A stretch of DNA of 62,830 bases, counting the filler, from an uncultured Synergistales bacterium (GTDB lineage Bacteria > Synergistota > Synergistia > Synergistales > Aminobacteriaceae), in NCBI GenBank assembly GCA_937897575.1. It is 7 parts of 7 records of this genome, joined end to end, with 100 filler letters (N's around TTAATTAATTAA, not from the genome) between each part and the next. Parts side by side here need not be neighbours in the genome. Positions count along the whole stretch, not along the records: positions 1 to 4,509 come from CALCQG010000037.1; positions 4,610 to 16,290 come from CALCQG010000038.1; 5 more parts are not named here. One strand, given 5' to 3'. Positions 1 through 8,792 of the stretch are shown here, piece after piece (within the stretch, counting starts at the first letter, position 1; each line of letters begins with the position of its first letter). The notes under the pieces are model-generated. The model worked only from the letters and a program-made list of their open reading frames with translations. It made no database searches and had not been told where the DNA came from. The translations under genes were made by a program, and so were the position numbers.

Positions 1-25
1 GAGATAGAAAGGGTGGTGCGACGCG

Positions 26-1786
26 ATGACCAAGGGTGAACCCGGGGGAGGGCAGTCCGTCTACCGGCGGCTGCTGGCCTGCGCACGGCCCTATATGGAC
101 CGCCTCGTCCTCGCGCTGTGCTGCATGCTGCTGGCCTCGGCCTGCAACGTGGTCCCACCGTGGCTTCTGAAAAACGTGGTGGACGACGTCCTCATCCAGA
201 AGGACCTCGCCACGCTGAACGCCCTGCCTTTTCTCCTCATGGGGCTCTTTCTGGGGAAGGGGATCTTCTCCTACGGCCACCAATACCTCATGAGCTGGGT
301 GGGCCAGCGGGTGGTCATGGACCTCCGCCTCCGGCTCTACGAGCATATGCAGCGAATGTCCCTGCGCTACCTCTACGGGAAGCGCCTCGGGGAGCTCGTC
401 TCGCGCATGACGAACGACGCGGCGATCCTCCAGAACCTCGTCTCCTCGGTGATGGTGAACCTCATCGTCCAGTCCGTGACCTTCCTCGGCATGATGGGGT
501 TTCTGATCTACATCAACTGGAAGCTCACCCTCATCACCTTCGCCATCCTGCCGCTCACGGTGCTCCTCCTCTACCGGGCGGCCAAGAAGCTCCGCTTCGT
601 GGGACACTCCATCCAGCGGGAGCTCGCCGCCCTCTCGGCCGTGGTCCAGGAGGCCTTTTCGGCCATCCGGGTGGTCCGCTCCTTCGCCACCGAGGACCTG
701 GAGCTCGAGCGGTTCAGGGCGACGAACGCGAACAACTTCAAGGCCGTGATGAAGGGGGTCCAGACTCAATCGGTGCTGTCCAACGGCATCGAGGTGGTCC
801 TCATCGGCGCCCTGGCCCTGATCCTCTGGCTCGGCGGGCGGAGCGTGGTCCGGGGCGAGCTCTCCCCCGGCGAACTCATCGCCTTCCTGGGCTACCTCGG
901 CTTTCTCGTGCAGCCCATCCGGGTCTTCACATCGGTGGTGAGCTCCATGCAGCTCGGCCTCGCGGCGGCGGACCGTATCTTCGGCCTGCTGGACACGCCC
1001 GAGGAGACCACCTCGCCCGTCGACCCCGTTCCTCTCGGCGCCATGGAGGGGCAGGTTTCCTTCCGGAACGTCTCCTTCGCGTACGAGGCGGGGCAGCCCG
1101 TCCTCCGGAACGTCTCCCTGGACGTCCGCCCCGGCGAGAAGATCGCCATCGTCGGCCCCACGGGCTCGGGCAAGTCCACCCTCGTGGACCTCATCCCCCG
1201 GTTCTACGACCCCGACGGGGGTTCGGTCCTCGTGGACGGTCTGGACGTCCGCTCCGTGGACCTCAGGGCGCTGCGCAAGCAGATCGGCGTCGTACCCCAG
1301 GACTCGATGCTCATGAAGGGGACCATCGCCTTCAACATCTCCTACGGCCTTCCGGACCTCCCCCGCGAGGCCGTCGAGGAGGCGGCCAGAGTGGCGGGCG
1401 TCCACGCCTTCATCACCTCCCTGCCCGACGGGTACGAGACGGAGGTGGGGGAGCGGGGCGTCACCCTCAGCGGCGGCCAGAGGCAGCGGATCGCCATAGC
1501 CCGCGCCGTCGTCCGCAACCCCCGGGTCCTCATCCTCGACGAGGCCACCTCCTCCCTGGACCTCGAGGTGGAGCGCCTCGTGCAGGGGGCCATGGATCTG
1601 GCCATGCAGGGGCGGACGTCCTTCATCATCGCCCACCGCCTGTCCACCGTCCGGTCCGCCGACCGCATCATCGTCCTCGACGAGGGGCGGATCGTGGAGC
1701 AGGGGAACCACGACGAACTTCTCGCTGTCGACGGGCTCTACGCCAGGCTCTACCGCCTCCAGTTCACCGCGGAGGAACGGCCGTGA
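26..1786 (+). CDS. msbA: Lipid A export ABC transporter MsbA-like (TMD+NBD)
   Basis: Walker A GPTGSGKST, signature LSGGQRQR, LILDEATSSLD; multiple TM helices; directly upstream of lpxK and kdsA. Confidence 0.85.
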   Translation: MTKGEPGGGQSVYRRLLACARPYMDRLVLALCCMLLASACNVVPPWLLKNVVDDVLIQKDLATLNALPFLLMGLFLGKGIFSYGHQYLMSWVGQRVVMDLRLRLYEHMQRMSLRYLYGKRLGELVSRMTNDAAILQNLVSSVMVNLIVQSVTFLGMMGFLIYINWKLTLITFAILPLTVLLLYRAAKKLRFVGHSIQRELAALSAVVQEAFSAIRVVRSFATEDLELERFRATNANNFKAVMKGVQTQSVLSNGIEVVLIGALALILWLGGRSVVRGELSPGELIAFLGYLGFLVQPIRVFTSVVSSMQLGLAAADRIFGLLDTPEETTSPVDPVPLGAMEGQVSFRNVSFAYEAGQPVLRNVSLDVRPGEKIAIVGPTGSGKSTLVDLIPRFYDPDGGSVLVDGLDVRSVDLRALRKQIGVVPQDSMLMKGTIAFNISYGLPDLPREAVEEAARVAGVHAFITSLPDGYETEVGERGVTLSGGQRQRIAIARAVVRNPRVLILDEATSSLDLEVERLVQGAMDLAMQGRTSFIIAHRLSTVRSADRIIVLDEGRIVEQGNHDELLAVDGLYARLYRLQFTAEERP

Positions 1787-4089
1787 ATCTGGTGAAGAGC
1801 TACCTCTCCTTCGCGAGAGGCGAGCGACGCTGCTCCCCCTGGGCGGCCTCCTACCCCTTCGGCCTTATGGCCAGAAGTATCGTCGCAGTCCGGAACTTCT
1901 CCTTCAATCGGGGCATCGCCTCGATGATCGAGCCGCCCCTGCCCGTGATCAGCGTGGGCAACCTCACCGTGGGCGGCACGAACAAGACGCCCTTCGTCGA
2001 GATGCTCTGCCGGATGCTTCGCTCCGCCGACATCCCCGTGGGCATCGTGAGCCGAGGGTACGGCGGCCGCACCGTGGACCCCGTGGTCGTCACGTCCGAC
2101 GTGGTAGCCCGCAGCCGGGAGCGGGGGGCCGACGCCTTGGCCGAACTCCGCGACCTCGTGGGTGACGAGCCTCTGCTCCTGGCCTCACGCCTCGCGGGAA
2201 GCCCCGTGGCCGTCTCGAAGGACAGGCTCCGGGACGTGGACATCCTTGTGGAGCAGGGCGTCCGGGTCGTGGTGGCCGACGACGCTTTCCAGCACCGGCG
2301 CATGGTGCGCGACGCCGACATCTGCCTCGTGGACGCCTGCTGCCCCTTCGGAAACGGGTGGCTCGTGCCGGCGGGGATCCTCCGGGAGCCCCCCTCGGGG
2401 ATGGCCCGGGCGTCCATGGTGGTGATCACGAAGTCGGACCAGGTCCCCCCGGAGCGCCTGCGCGCCCTCAAGGCCGAGATCGCCCGCCACGTGCCCGAGG
2501 AGCGGATCTTTTTGTCCCGCCTCACCTTCCACGCCTGGCAGCGGTGGGACGGCGCCTGGCGGGACCAGTCGGGGCAGGGCCCCGGCCCCGTCCTGGCCTT
2601 CTCGGCCATCGGCAGCCCCGAGAGCTTCCGCTGGTCCCTGGAGAGCCTGGGGGTACAGATTCTGAAGGAGCACCGTTTCAAGGACCACCACCGGTACCGG
2701 CGGGAGGATATGGAGCTCCTCGAGGCGTCGATGCGCGACCACGGCGCCGAGGCCATGGTCTGCACCGAGAAGGACGTCTACAACCTCCCGGCGGGGTGGA
2801 CCCCCTCGGCGGACATCTTTGTCCCCATCGTGTCCACGGTGCTGGACGAGGAGGAGCGCTTCAAGGCCACGCTGCTCGGCCTGCTGCGCCCCCGGATCGT
2901 GGTGGCCTCCAACGGCTACGGCGAGGACTCCATCGGCGCGCTGCTGGCCCGCAAACTCAGGGCCCGCTTTCCCGCCGCCGCCGTCTCCGCCTTCCCCGTG
3001 GTGGGGAAGGGCGAGCACTACCTCCGGGAGGGGGTCCCAGTGGACTCGGTGGCAGCGGACTCCCCGTCGGGGGGCGTCATCAAGTACGATCTCTCGGACC
3101 TGTGGCGGGACATCCGGTCGGGGCTCCTTCGCTCCATCTCCCGGCAGATGGAGGCGTGGCGCGCCCTCCGGGGGCGCATCCGGACGCCCCTGTGCGTGGG
3201 CGACGTGTACCTGCTCCTTCACACCCTCTGGGGCCAGGGGCAGACGCCCATCCTCGTCGCCACGGCCAAGACCGTCTTCCTGAGCGGCCACTGGCGCCTC
3301 GAACGGTTCATCCTGCGGCACCGGAGCCGGATCGTCTGGACCAGAGACCGGGAGACCAAGGAGGAGCTGCTCCGCTCGGGCACGGCGGCCCGCTTCGACG
3401 GCAACCCCATCATGGATCTCACCTGCGACGGGTCCGTGGAGCCCCACCCATGGGGCGACGAGGGGATTCCGCACGTGCTCCTGCTCCCGGGCAGCCGCCC
3501 GAGGGCCTACGACGACGTGCGCCTGCTCCTCGACGCCGTGGACCTTCTGCACGAGGGCCGGCCCTGCTCCTACCTCATGGTCGTCGCCCCGACGCTGGAC
3601 AGGGCGGAATTCCTGAGCGCCTGCGAGGGGTGGTCCTCTCTGGACGAGGACGGAATATGGAGTATCATCAAGGGGGAGAAGCGGATTCCCCTCTTCTTCG
3701 GCCCCCTCTCCGCCGTGACGGCCGACGCCGATCTGCTCGTCGGGCTGGGCGGCACGGCGAATCAGGTGTGCGCCGGGATGGGAGTCCCCGTCGTATCCAT
3801 CGAGGAGAAGGGCAAGTTCGTCCAGAAGAAGCTCCTCGGCGGTTCGGAGCTCCTCGTTCCGCCCACGGCCGCCGACCTGGCCCGGGGGGCTCTCCGCATC
3901 CTCTCGGACGATGCGCTTCGCGACACCATGTCCCGGGAGGGGCGGGAGCGCCTGGGCGAGCCCGGGGCCCTGGACAGGATCGTGGAGTATACTGCCCGGA
4001 TGGGCTGGGAGGCGCGGTGCGCCCTCTTCGAATCCCTCTCGGCCGCCTGGTGGCCCCAGGAACCACAGCAGAGCATTGTGAGGAGATGA
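1783..4089 (+). CDS. lpxK: Tetraacyldisaccharide 4'-kinase fused to a C-terminal lipid-A-disaccharide-synthase-related (GT-B) domain
   Basis: GTG start overlaps msbA stop; LpxK motifs VISVGNLTVGGTNKTP, SRGYG, GDEP, DDAFQH, PAGILREP; second half has SNGYGEDSIG, GNPIMD, LLPGSR, GTANQVCAGMGVP. Confidence 0.85.
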   Translation: MNLVKSYLSFARGERRCSPWAASYPFGLMARSIVAVRNFSFNRGIASMIEPPLPVISVGNLTVGGTNKTPFVEMLCRMLRSADIPVGIVSRGYGGRTVDPVVVTSDVVARSRERGADALAELRDLVGDEPLLLASRLAGSPVAVSKDRLRDVDILVEQGVRVVVADDAFQHRRMVRDADICLVDACCPFGNGWLVPAGILREPPSGMARASMVVITKSDQVPPERLRALKAEIARHVPEERIFLSRLTFHAWQRWDGAWRDQSGQGPGPVLAFSAIGSPESFRWSLESLGVQILKEHRFKDHHRYRREDMELLEASMRDHGAEAMVCTEKDVYNLPAGWTPSADIFVPIVSTVLDEEERFKATLLGLLRPRIVVASNGYGEDSIGALLARKLRARFPAAAVSAFPVVGKGEHYLREGVPVDSVAADSPSGGVIKYDLSDLWRDIRSGLLRSISRQMEAWRALRGRIRTPLCVGDVYLLLHTLWGQGQTPILVATAKTVFLSGHWRLERFILRHRSRIVWTRDRETKEELLRSGTAARFDGNPIMDLTCDGSVEPHPWGDEGIPHVLLLPGSRPRAYDDVRLLLDAVDLLHEGRPCSYLMVVAPTLDRAEFLSACEGWSSLDEDGIWSIIKGEKRIPLFFGPLSAVTADADLLVGLGGTANQVCAGMGVPVVSIEEKGKFVQKKLLGGSELLVPPTAADLARGALRILSDDALRDTMSREGRERLGEPGALDRIVEYTARMGWEARCALFESLSAAWWPQEPQQSIVRR

Positions 4090-4093
4090 TCCA

Positions 4094-4509
4094 ATGACGA
4101 CAGCGAACGCCAAGGGATCGGAGTTCATCCCCGTCCCGGTGACGGACCCATCGGGGCGCGGGCGGTGGAATTTCACCGTAGGCGACGGGCGTCTCGCCCT
4201 CATCGCGGGGCCCTGCTCCCTGGAGAGCCTCGATCTGGGGCTTGAGATCGCGACGACCATGTGGGACCTGTGCAAAGCCCTCTCCATTTCCTACATCTTC
4301 AAGGCCTCCTTCGATAAGGCCAACCGGACGTCCCTCTCGGGGTACCGCGGCCCCGGCCTCGAACAGGGGCTTGAGGAGCTCAGGACCATAGGCGAGCGGG
4401 TGGGTGTCCCCGTGCTCACGGACATCCACGAGGCCTGGCAGGCCGACGTGGCGGCGAAGGCCGTGGACGTGCTTCAGGATGAGCTGAAGGCCTTTCGAGG
4501 GGGCAGGGC
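4094..4509 (+). CDS. kdsA: KDO8P synthase, 3' truncated by gap
   Basis: LIAGPCSLES, FKASFDKANRTS, VPVLTDIHE. Confidence 0.9.
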
Positions 4510-4609
4510 NNNNNNNNNNNNNNNNNNNNNNNNNNNNNNNNNNNNNNNNNNNNTTAATTAATTAANNNNNNNNNNNNNNNNNNNNNNNNNNNNNNNNNNN
4601 NNNNNNNNN
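4510..4609. other. Assembly gap / contig linker
   Basis: N-run with TTAATTAATTAA (stops in all frames). Confidence 0.98.
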
Positions 4610-4612
4610 GCG

Positions 4613-4978
4613 ATGTGCTGGTGTCGGAAGGCCAGTTACCTGACGGACGTGCCCTTCGACGTGCTGAACGGGTTTGTCGACGGCCTGTCCGGCAACAGAC
4701 CCGTCGCGGTCGCCTTCGATCAGGAGGGGTCGGACTTTCTTCTTCTGACCTTCTGGAATGCCACCTATGTCATCCTCAACGACGAGGAGGGCGAAAGTCA
4801 TCTGTACTCCTTCGACATCTCGTGGAAGGAGCTCGCCCGGGAAGTGGTGCACGATATGCAGGCTCATTTCAGCGGGTGGCTTGACTGGGAGAGCAGCGGC
4901 ACGATACCCTACGACCGCCGGTTCAAACTGAAAAGCCTGATGGAACGTCTGCGCAGCCTCTTGCAGGAGAGAGCGTAG
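4613..4978 (+). CDS. Hypothetical protein, probably 5'-truncated by gap
   Basis: 121-aa ORF with protein-like composition; family not recognised. Confidence 0.5.
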   Translation: MCWCRKASYLTDVPFDVLNGFVDGLSGNRPVAVAFDQEGSDFLLLTFWNATYVILNDEEGESHLYSFDISWKELAREVVHDMQAHFSGWLDWESSGTIPYDRRFKLKSLMERLRSLLQERA

Positions 4979-5110
4979 TCCACCCCCTGGGGAACGCCGT
5001 ATTGCACCCCGGCGGTGACGACGCGGCGGCATCCCGAAAGAGAACGAGAGTCGGCCATATGGTATAATCCTTATTTGGAATTATATCTATTCAAAAGGAG
5101 GAACAACTCG

Positions 5111-5695
5111 ATGAAATCCTTGAAAGGCACCAAAACCCAGGAGAACCTCATGAAGGCCTTTGCGGGCGAGTCCCAGGCCCGGAACAGGTATACGTACTAC
5201 GCGTCGCAGGCGAAGAAGGAGGGGTACGTCCAGATCGCCAACATCTTCACCGAGACGGCGGAGAACGAGCGGGAGCACGCGAAGGTCTTCTTCAAGCACC
5301 TGGTCCGCGACGGTGTGGGCAGCGTGGTGATCAACGACGCGGGCTACCCCTTCGCCCTGGGCGACACGAAGGTGAACCTGAAGGCCGCCGCCGACGGCGA
5401 GCTTGAGGAGTGGGGCACGCTGTACCCGAATTTCGGCAAGGTGGCCGCGGAGGAGGGGTTCCCCGAGGTGGCGAAGTCCTTCAAGGAGATCGGCGAGGTG
5501 GAGGTGCGGCACGAGAAGCGGTACCGCAAGCTGCTCGCCAACATCGAGAACGGGTCCGTGTTCAAGAAGGACCACGAGGTGGAGTGGAAGTGCAACAACT
5601 GCGGCTACGTCCACAAGGGCGTGGGCGCGCCCGATATGTGCCCGGCGTGCGCCCATCCCCAGGCCCACTTCGAGGTGTTCCTGGAGACCTACTAG
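5111..5695 (+). CDS. rbr: Rubrerythrin
   Basis: AFAGESQARNRY, ENEREHA, EVEVRHEKRY di-iron motifs; rubredoxin-like CNNC/CPAC; RBS AGGAGG. Confidence 0.95.
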   Translation: MKSLKGTKTQENLMKAFAGESQARNRYTYYASQAKKEGYVQIANIFTETAENEREHAKVFFKHLVRDGVGSVVINDAGYPFALGDTKVNLKAAADGELEEWGTLYPNFGKVAAEEGFPEVAKSFKEIGEVEVRHEKRYRKLLANIENGSVFKKDHEVEWKCNNCGYVHKGVGAPDMCPACAHPQAHFEVFLETY

Positions 5696-5710
5696 CATTT
5701 TCGAACGACC

Positions 5711-5736
5711 GGGGCCTCCTTCGGGGGGCCCTTTTT
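5711..5736 (+). terminator. Intrinsic terminator after rbr
   Basis: GGGCCTCC-TTCG-GGGGGCCC-TTTTT. Confidence 0.8.
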
Positions 5737-6233
5737 CGTGCCCTTTCATGGAAAGGGTTCCTTCGGACGCAAACGGGGCATGATTTCGTACGCACGGGCA
5801 TAGTTATCCTTTGAGGTCTCCGGGGGCAAACGAGGCAGACGTTGGAAGCGCCCTGGCACGAGAGCCACAGTCCCGATTCCTCCGGATGCAAGGGGTGGAA
5901 GCTGTCTCCGTTCTCCATCGACGGGCTTAGGGAGGCTTTCGGGCGCGAGGGGTCTGGGAGCGGCAAAGGCGGTTGGACCGCCGCTTGGAAAGAGGTTCCT
6001 CCGGAGGTGAGAGGTCGGGAGGGGCCTGCCTCCGGACACGGCCCCACGCCTTCTCCCTACACCGCGCTTGTTGTTCGCGTTCGTTCCTTCCTCCGGGCAT
6101 GGCCCCACAGGGAGAGAGAACTCCGTACACCCTCCTTTAGCCGGGGCGACGCCTCGTGTATAATGATCCCCGTTATGCACAATGCGCCGCGGGACGTTTC
6201 GGGGCTCGGCGGCGGAAGAGGCAGTGACGTGCT

Positions 6234-8792
6234 GTGACGCTCGATGGGACGAAAGTGCGACGAATTGTGACGGTCCTCCTCGGGGCCGTCGTCATGGTGC
6301 TGGCCTTCTGGAGCCTGTACCGGACGCTCCACGGCGTCCGGTACGCCGATATCGTGCGGCAGTTCGAGAGCATCCCCCCCGGGCGAATCCTGCTCGCCCT
6401 CGGGCTCACGGCGCTGAACTTCGCCGTGCTGAGCGGCTACGACTGGCTCGCCATACGGTACTCCAACAAGCGGCTTCCCTACCGTAAAATTGCCTTCACG
6501 TCCTTCGTGAGCTACGCGATCAGCTTCAACGCCGGTTTCTCCATCCTGACGGGGGCGCTGCCGCGATACCGGTACTACTCCCAGGCCGGGTTGATGCCCT
6601 CGGATGTGGTCCGGATCGTGACCTTCAACTCCGTGACCTTCTGGCTCGGCCTGACCATGGTGGGCGGCCTGGCCCTCACCACAGGCACCCTGCCTGTCCC
6701 CGGCTTTCTTCACCTTCCCTTCCAGACGCTGCGCCCGGTGGGGGTCCTGTTGCTCCTCCTTCTGGCGGCGTACCTCCTGTTCTGCGCCGCCGGAGACCAC
6801 AAGATCAACCTGCGGGGCAAGGTCTTTCAGACGCCCTCGCCCTTCACGGCCTTCGTGCAGATCACCCTCGCGTCGGCGGACTGGGTGCTCGCGTCGTCCA
6901 TCCTGTACGTGCTGCTGCCCCGGGGGGTCGTCTCCTACCCCACCTTTCTCGCCATGTTCGCCTTCAGCCAGATCGCCGGGCTCGCCAGCAGCGTCCCGGG
7001 CGGAGTAGGGGTCTTCGAGGCGTCCATGATCTTCTTCCTGAGGTGGAGCCTGCCCGTCGGGTGGGTGATGGGGCTTATGATCACCTACCGCGCCATCTAC
7101 TACATCATCCCGCTGCTGATCGCCCTCGTCCTTCTGGCCGTGTCCGAGAGCAAGTGGCTGGGCGCGCGCCTGAAGCCCATCGCCTCCCTGTCGTCCTGGG
7201 GCGTGTATCTGATCCCGAACGCCATGACGGGGCTGCTTTTCCTGGCCGGAGCCGTCCTGCTGTTCTCCGGGGTGACCCCGGGGCTGAAGGACAGGCTGTT
7301 CTGGCTCTATCAGGTCCTCCCCCTCGGGGTGGTGGAGACGTCGCACCTTCTGGCGAGCGTGGTGGGCGTCGCGCTGCTCATGCTCGCCCGGGGCGTGCAG
7401 CTTCGGCTGAGGATCGCCTATGAGATGGCCATGGCCCTGCTGTCGGCGGGGGTCCTCTTCTCTCTCGGCAAGGGCTTCGACTACGAGGAGGCCGTCCTGC
7501 TCGTGGGAGTGCTTCTCGGCCTCTGGACCGCCCGGGGAGAGTTCTATCGGACGTCGGCCCTGTCGGCGGAGCGGTTCTCCGCCGGCTGGTCCGTGGCGGT
7601 CGTCGCCGTGGTGGGAACGTCCATATGGCTCGGGCTCTTCTCCTTCGAGCACGTCAAGTACTCTCACGATCTGTGGCGGCTGTTCGCGCCCTACGCCGAT
7701 GCGTCGCGGTCGCTCCGGGCGGAGGTCGCTGTGGTGGCGGCCCTCGGGGCCGCCGCAGTCTTCCGGCTGACGCGGCCGGTCCGGGGCGCCCCTCCGGCGC
7801 TGGCGGCGGGCGATCTTGAGCGAGCGGCGGCCATCATCGGCCGTCAGGGGCGTTCCGAGGCCAACCTCGCGCTCCTCGGGGACAAGACGCTGCTCTTCAG
7901 CGAGAGCGGAGCGAGCTTTCTCATGTACGGCATCGAGGGGAAGAGCTGGGTGTCCATGGGCGATCCCGTGGGGGCGCCCGAGGAGCAACGGGAACTGATC
8001 CTCCGCTTTCAGAAGGAGTGCGACGCCTTTGGCGCATGGCCCGTCTTCTACGAGACGGGGACGAAGGATCTCTCCCTGTACCTGGACGCCGGGGCCTCTC
8101 TGTCGAAGCTGGGCGAGGAGGCGCGGGTCCCTCTGAAGACCTTCTCCCTGGACACAAGCCACTTCAAGGAGCTTCGGAACACCATGCACCGCGTCGAGCG
8201 CACGGGGTGCTCCTTCGAGATCGTTCCCCGCGAGGGCGTGCCCGCCCTGCTGCCGGAGCTGAAGGGAATATCGGACTCCTGGCTCGGCAGGAAGAGCACG
8301 GCGGAGAAGGGCTTCTCCCTCGGCCGGTTCAACCCGGACTATCTTGTCCGGTTCCCTGCGGCGCTGATTCGGAGGGAGGGGCGGATCGTGGCCTTCTCGA
8401 ACCTCTGGGCGGCAGCCCCCGGAACGGAGCTGTCCGTGGACCTCATGCGCTTCTCCGAGGACGCCCCCAAGGGGGTCATGGACTACCTGTTCACCAGGGC
8501 GATCCTCTGGGGGCAGGAGCGGGGCTACGAGTGGTTTTCCCTGGGCATGGCCCCGCTGGCCGGCCTGGAGGGCTCGCGGCACGCCCCTCTGTGGAACCGC
8601 TTCGGCCATTTCCTGTTCCGTCATGGGGAGCACTTCTACAACTTTCAGGGGTTGCGGAACTACAAGAGCAAGTTCGTCCCTCTCTGGGAGCCGAAGTACC
8701 TCGCCTCCCCCGGCGGCCTGGCGCTGCCCCAGGTGCTGGCGGACATCGGCATCCTGATCTCCGGCGGGCTGCGCGAGATGCTGTGGAAATGA
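6234..8792 (+). CDS. mprF: Bifunctional aminoacyl-phosphatidylglycerol flippase/synthetase
   Basis: Many TM helices, VPGGVGVFE, GDPVG, KLGEEA, EKGFSLG, SVDLMR, FYNFQGLRNYKSKF. Confidence 0.93.
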   Translation: MTLDGTKVRRIVTVLLGAVVMVLAFWSLYRTLHGVRYADIVRQFESIPPGRILLALGLTALNFAVLSGYDWLAIRYSNKRLPYRKIAFTSFVSYAISFNAGFSILTGALPRYRYYSQAGLMPSDVVRIVTFNSVTFWLGLTMVGGLALTTGTLPVPGFLHLPFQTLRPVGVLLLLLLAAYLLFCAAGDHKINLRGKVFQTPSPFTAFVQITLASADWVLASSILYVLLPRGVVSYPTFLAMFAFSQIAGLASSVPGGVGVFEASMIFFLRWSLPVGWVMGLMITYRAIYYIIPLLIALVLLAVSESKWLGARLKPIASLSSWGVYLIPNAMTGLLFLAGAVLLFSGVTPGLKDRLFWLYQVLPLGVVETSHLLASVVGVALLMLARGVQLRLRIAYEMAMALLSAGVLFSLGKGFDYEEAVLLVGVLLGLWTARGEFYRTSALSAERFSAGWSVAVVAVVGTSIWLGLFSFEHVKYSHDLWRLFAPYADASRSLRAEVAVVAALGAAAVFRLTRPVRGAPPALAAGDLERAAAIIGRQGRSEANLALLGDKTLLFSESGASFLMYGIEGKSWVSMGDPVGAPEEQRELILRFQKECDAFGAWPVFYETGTKDLSLYLDAGASLSKLGEEARVPLKTFSLDTSHFKELRNTMHRVERTGCSFEIVPREGVPALLPELKGISDSWLGRKSTAEKGFSLGRFNPDYLVRFPAALIRREGRIVAFSNLWAAAPGTELSVDLMRFSEDAPKGVMDYLFTRAILWGQERGYEWFSLGMAPLAGLEGSRHAPLWNRFGHFLFRHGEHFYNFQGLRNYKSKFVPLWEPKYLASPGGLALPQVLADIGILISGGLREMLWK

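Noticed and set aside
118..1782. N-terminal extension making a 1323-aa ORF, and other long Arg/Gly/Pro-rich overlapping ORFs (e.g. 26086-29529, 20756-23206, 8018-8788)
   Set aside because: Shadow frames of real genes in high-GC DNA; the true starts overlap the upstream stop codons.
4478..4509. KdsA diverging after VLQ (DELKAFRGGR instead of the usual IPAFL)
   Set aside because: Only ~30 nt at a contig end; most likely a chimeric or misassembled tip.
5820..5912. c-di-GMP-I riboswitch or tmRNA resemblance (GGGGGCAAAC..., AGCCAC)
   Set aside because: No GAAA-capped P2 or CGCAAAG core, no tag peptide and no tRNA-like 3' end.
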